The translations under genes and the position numbers were made by a program. The notes beneath the pieces were generated by a model. It was not told the DNA's origin. It saw only the letters and a list, made by a program, of their open reading frames with translations, and ran no database searches. DNA of 64,000 nucleotides from Candidatus Sericytochromatia bacterium (GTDB lineage Bacteria > Cyanobacteriota > Sericytochromatia > S15B-MN24 > VGJW01): NCBI GenBank assembly GCA_035285865.1, contig JAYKHS010000030.1, positions 121,643 through 185,642 of the forward strand, given 5' to 3'. Shown here piece after piece: positions 57,191-64,000 of the stretch (its first letter is position 1; each line of letters begins with the position of its first letter).

Positions 57191-57240
57191 CCGGATGCTC
57201 CCGGTAGGCACGCCGTGCGCTCGGGTACAAGAGAGGCCTT

Positions 57241-58125
57241 GTGACGGCCACCTTACCTCCTCCTGATCTGGGTTCGGCGCTGCGGCTCGGCAGTCGGCGC
57301 CTCCGACGGCTGGACCTGCCGTCTGCCGACCTGGAGGCGTCCTTGCTGCTGGGGCGGGCGACCGGTCTGGCTCGTCTGGAGTTGATCCTGAACACCGCGC
57401 GGGCCATCACGCCCGAGGAGTGGACGCTGTACGATCGCCTGCTCGCAAGGCGAGAGGCCCGCGAGCCCTTCCAGTACCTGGTCGGTAGTCAGGAGTTCAT
57501 GTCGCTCGACTTCGCCGTCGATGCTGCGGTCCTCATTCCGAGACCGGAAACGGAAATTCTGGTCGAGGCGGTCCTCGACCTCGTCGAGGATGCGGGTACC
57601 CGCACTCAGGGGCCTTGCGTGCTGGATGTCGGGACGGGCTCAGGAGCCATTCTCGTCACGCTCGCCAACTACATCCGCACGCTGGAAGGGACCGGTATCG
57701 ATTGTTCGTCCGACGCTCTGGAGCGAGCCCGCGGCAATGCTGACCGCCTTGGCGTGGCAGAGCGCCTCGACTTCGTGCTCGGCGACCTCCTCGAACCGGT
57801 CCGCGCCGGTGGGCAGGTCTTCGACTACGTGGTGGCCAATCTGCCCTACATTCCGTCGGTCGATATCGAGGGCCTCGAACCCGAGGTCCGGGACCACGAG
57901 CCTCGGCTTGCACTCGACGGTGGCTTCGACGGTCTTGCCCTGATCCGGCGCCTCGTCGCCGAGGTCGAGCAGGTCCTCAGGCCGGGAGGGTGGCTGGCAC
58001 TCGAGGTGATGGCGGGCCAGGCCCCGCGTGTCATGGACCTGCTGGAGGGCTGGGCTGCCGTTCAGGTACGCCATGACCTGGCAGGCATCGAACGGGTCGT
58101 CCTGGCACGCTCCGCCGGAACCTGA
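57241..58125 (+). CDS. prmC: Release factor glutamine methyltransferase
   Basis: REPFQY, VLIPRPETE, DVGTGSG, NLPY, EPRLALDGG.DGL. Confidence 0.95.
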   Translation: MTATLPPPDLGSALRLGSRRLRRLDLPSADLEASLLLGRATGLARLELILNTARAITPEEWTLYDRLLARREAREPFQYLVGSQEFMSLDFAVDAAVLIPRPETEILVEAVLDLVEDAGTRTQGPCVLDVGTGSGAILVTLANYIRTLEGTGIDCSSDALERARGNADRLGVAERLDFVLGDLLEPVRAGGQVFDYVVANLPYIPSVDIEGLEPEVRDHEPRLALDGGFDGLALIRRLVAEVEQVLRPGGWLALEVMAGQAPRVMDLLEGWAAVQVRHDLAGIERVVLARSAGT

Positions 58126-58137
58126 GCAGGTCCGAGG

Positions 58138-60051
58138 GTGCTTTCGCTCAGGGAGGTGCACCGAGGCTACGGCGAGCGCGTCATCCTCGATGGGGTGTCG
58201 TGGCGCCTGCTGCCCGGCGAGCGCGTCGCGCTCGTGGGTCCGAACGGCGCGGGCAAGTCGACGTTCATGAGGCTTCTCGCCGGCGTGGACCAGCCGGATG
58301 GAGGGCGCGTCGAGTTCCCTGCGAGCTGGCGCGTGGGCTGGTTGCCTCAGGAGCCCCCGGATCTCGGCAATCGCACCCTGTCCGAGGTGCTCTGGGACGG
58401 CCTGCCGGAGATTCGCGTGGCCGCCGCAGCCCTTGAGGCCGTGGCCGGACGCCTGCAGGTCGCCCGCGGGCCCCAATTGGAGGCGTGTGTCCTCGAACAG
58501 GAGCGCCTCCAATCCGAGTTCGAGCGCCTCGAAGGTCATCTGGCCGATGCCCGGGTCGGGCGGGTAGCCCACGGCCTCGGCTTTGCTCCCGGTGACCTGA
58601 CGCGACCGATGGATTCATTTTCGGGTGGCTGGAGGGTCAAGGCGGCACTCGGGCGCCTGCTCATCAGTGCACCTGAGGTGCTTCTGCTCGACGAGCCGAC
58701 CAATCACCTTGATGTCGCGGCCATTTCCTGGCTCGAACGGTACCTGTGCGAGCGTCCGTGGGGGCTGGTCGTCGTGTCGCATGATCGGACCTTTCTCGAT
58801 GCCGTGGCAACGCGGGTCACGGCGCTGGAACGTGGAGAGGTCCGTGACTGGATGGGCAACTATTCTCGTCATCTTGTCCTGCGGGAGGCTGAGGATGCCG
58901 CATTGGAGGCGGCGGCAAACCGGCAGGATCGCGAGCATGCGCGCGTGCGGCGTTTCATCGAGCGATTCCGTGCCTCGGCGCGGCGCAGCAGCCAGGCGCG
59001 CAGCAGAGAGCGGGCCCTTGAACGCGAGGAGCGCATCATCCGCCCGAGAGCGGACGTGCCGCGGCTCAAACTGGACCTCGGTGACGCCGCGGGCACGCCT
59101 CGGGAGGTCGTCCGTCTCGAGCAGGTGCGCCACGCCTACGGTGACCGGGAGGTGATCCCGAGTCTCGATCTGGTGCTGGAACGTGGCACCAGGCTGGCAC
59201 TGGTGGGGGCCAACGGAACCGGCAAGACCACCTTGCTTCGCCTGCTTGCCGGAGAGGTGGAGCCGTCCTCCGGGACTGTCTCATGGGCCCGGGGAGTCGA
59301 GCGTGGTTACCTCGCGCAGCACGCGCCTCTGCCCGCGCGTCCGTCCCGGACGGTCTTCGAGCATCTCTGGGAACTCGCCCCGGACGGTTGGACCATTCAG
59401 GATGTACGCGATCTGCTGGCCGAGTTCCTCTTCCGCGGATCTGCCGCGGATCGTGCGACGGGTGTCCTTTCGGGCGGGGAGCGGGCGCGGCTTGCACTGG
59501 CGGCGATGCTGCTCGCCCCGAAGCAGGTCCTGCTGCTGGACGAGCCGACCAATCACCTCGATCTCGGGGCTCGGGAAGTCTTGGCCGAGGCGCTTTCGGA
59601 CTTCGAGGGCGTCGTGGTGTTCTCCTCCCATGACCGCTGGTTGCTTCAGCACGTGGCGACACATGCTCTGGTTTGGCCGGGGCCTGTCTTGCGGCCACTG
59701 GACGAGGCCGACGCGTGGGCGGGCGTATTCGGCCACATGGACACGGCGACGCTCGTGCCGCTCGAGCCGTCAGCTCAGGCAACCGCCCGTGCCTCCGTCG
59801 GACGCGAATCGCAGGGCCGGACACGGTTCAACGCCTACAGGAACGCTCGGGCCGTGGCGGAAGTCGAGGGACAGCTCGCCGCGCTCCAGATCGAGCGTGA
59901 GGCCTGTCTTCAGCGAATCGGTATTCCCGGGCCGGATGCGGCCGAGGCTGCCCGGCTGATGGCTCGGCTCGAAGAAGAGCAGGGCACGCTCGAAGAGCGT
60001 TGGCTGGTGCTCGCCGAGGAAGCCGAGGCGGCTGGTCAGGGGCCAATGTAG
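58138..60051 (+). CDS. ABC-F family ATPase
   Basis: Two ABC cassettes, LLLDEPTNHLD twice, no TM segments, C-terminal coiled coil. Confidence 0.93.
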   Translation: MLSLREVHRGYGERVILDGVSWRLLPGERVALVGPNGAGKSTFMRLLAGVDQPDGGRVEFPASWRVGWLPQEPPDLGNRTLSEVLWDGLPEIRVAAAALEAVAGRLQVARGPQLEACVLEQERLQSEFERLEGHLADARVGRVAHGLGFAPGDLTRPMDSFSGGWRVKAALGRLLISAPEVLLLDEPTNHLDVAAISWLERYLCERPWGLVVVSHDRTFLDAVATRVTALERGEVRDWMGNYSRHLVLREAEDAALEAAANRQDREHARVRRFIERFRASARRSSQARSRERALEREERIIRPRADVPRLKLDLGDAAGTPREVVRLEQVRHAYGDREVIPSLDLVLERGTRLALVGANGTGKTTLLRLLAGEVEPSSGTVSWARGVERGYLAQHAPLPARPSRTVFEHLWELAPDGWTIQDVRDLLAEFLFRGSAADRATGVLSGGERARLALAAMLLAPKQVLLLDEPTNHLDLGAREVLAEALSDFEGVVVFSSHDRWLLQHVATHALVWPGPVLRPLDEADAWAGVFGHMDTATLVPLEPSAQATARASVGRESQGRTRFNAYRNARAVAEVEGQLAALQIEREACLQRIGIPGPDAAEAARLMARLEEEQGTLEERWLVLAEEAEAAGQGPM

Positions 60052-61391
60052 GGACGCAACTGTTCCGCGAACTGGTTCATGTCCCCGGGGCGGCGGGCTG
60101 GCACGGGATGCATGGCCAGGCCGACGATATCCCCGAGGCCTTCTGGGAGTTGGACCAGGTTGGCAAGGGGAACGGGTGCCTCTCGGGAGACGAAGGGAAC
60201 GGGAGGGCGTCCGCCAAGAAGGTGGTAAAGGATCGCGCCGAGGCCATGGACGTCCGAGCGGGGATCCGGCTCTCCGACTCCCGGTTGCAGGAGTTCGGGA
60301 GCCAAGTAAGGCAGGGCCTCGTCCTCCACGAGGTCCGCGAAGACGATCGTGGGGTCCCCGGGCACGCGTGCAAGGCCGAAGCCCGTGATCCTTACGCCCT
60401 CTGGCGTGACGAGCAGGCAGTCGGGGGTCAGTCCGCGGTGCACCAGCCCATGCTGCAAGCGGTGCACCTCGCCGAGAATGCGGGCGGCATCGTGGATGAC
60501 CCGGCAGGCCGAGGGCACATCGCCCGGTGTCACGCTTTCCAGCAGGGGCGTGCCCTCGGTCCAGGGGGCCAGGATGTAGATGTCGCCTTGCTCCTCGAGG
60601 ACGTCCAGCACCGGGATGACGCCCGGATGACGCAGGTCCAGCGTGGCGCGGGCCTCGCGAATGGCGCGCGCCCGTGCAAGATCGGCAGCCTGTGGGGCAA
60701 GGTTGACATCACCGGGCATCCGCCGGACGAACAGCTTGCGTCCCGTGAGCGTGTTCGTGACGGCGAATGCCTGGCGGCGTGCATTCCGGGAGACGACCTT
60801 GTCCACCCGCAGGTTCGAGAAGGGAAGGGCCGGCAGGTCGGCCTGGGCATCTCCGACGAGAAGCACCACCATCTGGGGCAGTTGTTCCGACCGTGCTTCG
60901 TGGGCCATCCGCTCGGCGTCGCCATGAATGCGAGGAAGCAAATCCTCCAGCCCAAGCAGAATGATGTCCGTCGGGTTGTCCACGCGCGTGGGCGTGTGGG
61001 GTGGCAGTACCACCATGGCTTTGGTGGCCATGCGCCCCATCAGGCCTGGGTTCCAGCGCGACAGGATGGTGTTGACGGTCTTGGCCTTGATCTCCGTCCG
61101 TTGCAGGGGGTTCTCGACCTGGTGGGGAGACAGGCCTTCCCGATGGACCAGCCATTGCTTCCGGTTGATGTGCCCCTCGACCTCGCCCTGCCAGTACTTG
61201 ACTTCGATGACATACACGGCGTGAGGGGTCAGGACCACCGCGTCGATCTCGATGTTGGTAAACCGACTCTGGGTGCTTGGCAGCACCAGGTTGGTGAGGA
61301 CCTTGCAGGTGTCGGGAAGGTGGCCGAGCGTCCGCGCGACCGTTTTCTCGAATGCATTGGCGGGTTCGCCCGAGACGATTATCTCCGCCAA
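60036..61391 (-). CDS. NERD nuclease domain fused to a degenerate Ser/Thr kinase domain
   Basis: EIDAVVLTPHAVYVIEVKYWQG...ENP; kinase fold with HRGLTPD and ITGFGLA; GGAGG before TTG. Confidence 0.85.
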   Translation of the reverse strand: MAEIIVSGEPANAFEKTVARTLGHLPDTCKVLTNLVLPSTQSRFTNIEIDAVVLTPHAVYVIEVKYWQGEVEGHINRKQWLVHREGLSPHQVENPLQRTEIKAKTVNTILSRWNPGLMGRMATKAMVVLPPHTPTRVDNPTDIILLGLEDLLPRIHGDAERMAHEARSEQLPQMVVLLVGDAQADLPALPFSNLRVDKVVSRNARRQAFAVTNTLTGRKLFVRRMPGDVNLAPQAADLARARAIREARATLDLRHPGVIPVLDVLEEQGDIYILAPWTEGTPLLESVTPGDVPSACRVIHDAARILGEVHRLQHGLVHRGLTPDCLLVTPEGVRITGFGLARVPGDPTIVFADLVEDEALPYLAPELLQPGVGEPDPRSDVHGLGAILYHLLGGRPPVPFVSREAPVPLANLVQLPEGLGDIVGLAMHPVPARRPGDMNQFAEQLRPYIGP

Positions 61392-61425
61392 TTGCGGCCT
61401 CCGTCAGGAAGGGGACCCTGTCATC

Positions 61426-62853
61426 CTACACTGGCCGGGGGCCGATGGAGCGAATGCGGTCGAGTGCGTCGGCGAAGGCATTCAGGTCCGGGAAACGATC
61501 CTCCGGACGTTCCTGCCACGCCCGCCCGAGGGCTGCACCCAGCGCCGCGATTCGCTCATGTGAAGCCTCGCTGCCGTACGGTCCCCCTTCCGGAGGGCGC
61601 GGTGGCTGGAAGGAATCCGCTGAGACGTACTGGAACGTGCGGGGACCAAGCCACGGATCGGCGGGCATGTGGCCGGTCAGCAGCCAGTAGAGCGTGAGCG
61701 CCAGTCCGTACTGATCGCTCGAGGGGCCCGCTTGGCTGGCCGACGCGAATTGTTCGGGCGCCATGAAGCCGAATGTCCCCATCGGTAATGAGGCGTCCAT
61801 GGTCAGGCCCTGTCCACCGGCGAGGCGGGCTATCCCGAAGTCCAGCAGCATCGGACGGCCCGTGGCGCGTTCCCGCATGAGGTTCGCGGGCTTGATGTCC
61901 CGGTGCACGATGCCGCGCGCGTGGAGGCGTGCGAGGGTGCGCGCGGCCGAGGTTCCGAGGGCCAGAGTCTCCTCGAAGGAAACCGTTCCCGCCAGAGCCT
62001 CGAAGGTCTCCCCTTCGACCCACGCGTTGATGATGATGTCCGACCCGAGCGTGGCAATCAGGGGGGGGATGCAGGGTTCATCTACTCCGATGGCCTGCAG
62101 TGTGGCCATCTCCTGCCTGAACCTGGACCACGCCGGATCGTCGGGCAGTCCCCCGATCAGGGCCTGCTTGATGGCCACGCGGTCACCTGTACGCAGGTGC
62201 CGACCGCGGAATATCCGGGCGTGCATGCTCTGGCTGATCGCCCTTTCCACGAGCCAGTCTCCGACGATCCGACCTGCCTCGATCGGGGTGCCGGGCACGT
62301 GGCGCACGGCATCGGAGGGGCGTCCCCACCATGCCCGCGCTCCAAGCAGGGCCAGCGACGCAGCCAGAACAGCGCCGACGACCGGAGCGCCCGGCGTGGC
62401 GGGCTTGCGCGGTAGGGTCGCAAGAATGTCGAAGCGTAGCTCCTGCGCCGCGAATCGGACGGTGGGATCCTCGGAGGCGGCGCGCGAGGCGAGTTCGAGG
62501 GCATCTGTAGGGTCGCCGGCTGCGCGGAGGATGCGCGCGGCCTCCAGTGCCACACGCCCGTTGTCCGGGGCCAGGGGCATGGCGAGGTTGGCAAGCCTGC
62601 GGGCTTCGGCTGCGCTGCCGGCACGCAGTGCCATTCGGGCAGCAGAAAGCGTGAGCGCGGCGCCTTCGGTTCCCTTGAGATCGGCACCTTGCTCCTCCAG
62701 CAGGACGATGGCTTCCGGGGCCTGTCCTGATGCCTCCAAGGCCAGAGCTCTGCCGAGGGGATCGCCGTCTCCGGGCTCTGCGCGCGCCGTTCCGGCGTGG
62801 ACCAGCACGGCCAGTGCCACGACCCGTACCACGGCCTTGATCGGGCGGATCAT
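61426..62853 (-). CDS. Membrane Ser/Thr protein kinase with extracytoplasmic TPR-like domain
   Basis: Signal peptide ARA|E, helical repeats, TM segment, VAIK, HRDIKPAN, DFG, APE. Confidence 0.9.
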   Translation of the reverse strand: MIRPIKAVVRVVALAVLVHAGTARAEPGDGDPLGRALALEASGQAPEAIVLLEEQGADLKGTEGAALTLSAARMALRAGSAAEARRLANLAMPLAPDNGRVALEAARILRAAGDPTDALELASRAASEDPTVRFAAQELRFDILATLPRKPATPGAPVVGAVLAASLALLGARAWWGRPSDAVRHVPGTPIEAGRIVGDWLVERAISQSMHARIFRGRHLRTGDRVAIKQALIGGLPDDPAWSRFRQEMATLQAIGVDEPCIPPLIATLGSDIIINAWVEGETFEALAGTVSFEETLALGTSAARTLARLHARGIVHRDIKPANLMRERATGRPMLLDFGIARLAGGQGLTMDASLPMGTFGFMAPEQFASASQAGPSSDQYGLALTLYWLLTGHMPADPWLGPRTFQYVSADSFQPPRPPEGGPYGSEASHERIAALGAALGRAWQERPEDRFPDLNAFADALDRIRSIGPRPV

Positions 62854-62869
62854 CTGTCGGTTGCCGCCG

Positions 62870-63634
62870 TCACGAGCCGACTCTCCGGGCCACGTAGACG
62901 ATGCGGTAGCTGTCGGCCACCGGCGGTTCGATCGACAGTCCGTCCGTCATCTGCACCAGTTCCCAGCCCGTGGCGGCCAGCGCCGCCCGGACTTCCACGG
63001 GATCCCAACCCCGGTGCTCGTGCCGCTCGTCGAAGCGATCCCACGTCCCGTCCGGCGATCGGACGAAATAGGATAGGTCAAGCAGGCCAGTTCTGCGGGA
63101 TGCCACCCACGAGGAACGCCATATGCCCAGGATGGACGGTGCTTCGCGCAACTCGACGCCGTGCCCCCAGACTTCGCTTATGCCGTAGTCAGTAATCAGA
63201 TCCATCACCAGCTCACCGCCCGGGCGTACCAGACCTGCGATACCCCCGAGGCATCGTTCGAGTTCAGCTTCGGTCAAGCAGGTGTTGAGCGCATCATAGA
63301 AACACGTGGCGGCCGCGAAGGGCATCCCGGGGACTTCGGGAGCTTCCGCGAGGTCGGCCTGGACCCACGGCACGTCGACGCCAGCGCGCTTTGCGCGGGC
63401 CACGGCGTGCTCGAGCATGGCTCCCGAACGGTCCAGTCCGGCAGCCCGAACACCCCGCAAGGCGAGGGCGACGGCCACCTGACCCGTGCCGCACGCCACG
63501 TCGACGACCGATTCCGGCCACGCACCGGCCCAGTGATCCCGTGCCCACAGCAACATGCGCAGGCCGAACCTGCCCTGGCCCGTCCGGTCATAGACGGCAG
63601 CATAGCCCGCATAGGGTTCGCGTTCTTTCCGCAC
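62870..63634 (-). CDS. Class I SAM-dependent methyltransferase
   Basis: YA.VYD, DVACGTG, GLDRS..ML, C.YDALN, PGG, F.E.H..R. Confidence 0.9.
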   Translation of the reverse strand: MRKEREPYAGYAAVYDRTGQGRFGLRMLLWARDHWAGAWPESVVDVACGTGQVAVALALRGVRAAGLDRSGAMLEHAVARAKRAGVDVPWVQADLAEAPEVPGMPFAAATCFYDALNTCLTEAELERCLGGIAGLVRPGGELVMDLITDYGISEVWGHGVELREAPSILGIWRSSWVASRRTGLLDLSYFVRSPDGTWDRFDERHEHRGWDPVEVRAALAATGWELVQMTDGLSIEPPVADSYRIVYVARRVGS

Positions 63635-63952
63635 GCTTTCTCCGGAATCAAGCAAGAACAATCGTCCCGGAGGCTATAACACATGCGTGGACAGGGCGTC
63701 TCTGACGGATGCCACAAGCGCTCTGTCGGAATTGATTTAAAGAAATATTAATGACGTATGGCATCCCGAACCCGAAGTGCCTAATGTAGGAGATCTCACC
63801 GGGTCCTGGACGTTCCCCGCCAGCTTCGTTGCCGCCAAGGCCCATCGCTGCAGATTGTCCGCCAGTCACGATGCGCTGTCAACCTGCTTCCTGTTTCGTA
63901 TACAACCGTTCCGGGCATGACCCCGGACCCATAGATACCCTGGAGGAATCCC

Positions 63953-64000
63953 TTGCCGAGTCTCGCCGGTGACATGCTCGAGGACGTGAGCTCCCCGATG
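63953..64000 (+). CDS. Possible start of a CDS running off the window
   Basis: GGAGG SD followed by TTG and 16 open codons. Confidence 0.35.
   Translation, partial: MPSLAGDMLEDVSSPM

Noticed and set aside
816..63076. Many long antisense or alternative-frame ORFs (e.g. 4796-6253, 24664-26472, 45199-46449, 46873-48168, 60000-61697)
   Set aside because: Expected in high-GC DNA; they overlap motif-supported genes and show no recognisable motifs

Overview
GC-rich bacterial chromosomal segment with about 55 genes. No CRISPR array, transposase, integrase or phage genes were seen. Gene order (dapA-rnj, rpmG-rpsR, SNF2-SWIM), a cyanobacterial-like L28 and a CCA-less tRNA-Gly suggest a non-photosynthetic Cyanobacteriota relative such as Sericytochromatia; this is inference only. 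Recognisable content: dapA, rnj, an AttEFGH-like ABC/lipocalin operon, rpmB/rpmG/rpsR, a nine-gene kynurenine/3-hydroxyanthranilate degradation cluster coupled to SNF2-SWIM, a TatT-type TRAP transporter, ahpD/feoAB/bcp around a Fur-type box, type II glutamine synthetase, tRNA-Gly, prfA-prmC-ABC-F and about ten lipoproteins. The four most notable observations are: (1) two tandem intergenic units at 12.24-12.55 kb, each with a sigma70-type promoter and a conserved double-hairpin RNA (candidate duplicated sRNA genes); (2) a peroxiredoxin-like gene with an in-frame TGA in a UxxC motif plus a SECIS-like hairpin (probable selenoprotein); (3) two secreted proteins whose mature forms both begin His-x-Tyr, followed by a hairpin and a B12-dependent radical SAM enzyme; (4) a TPR receptor kinase next to a NERD-pseudokinase. 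All functional calls come from motif recognition by eye; no database search was run.
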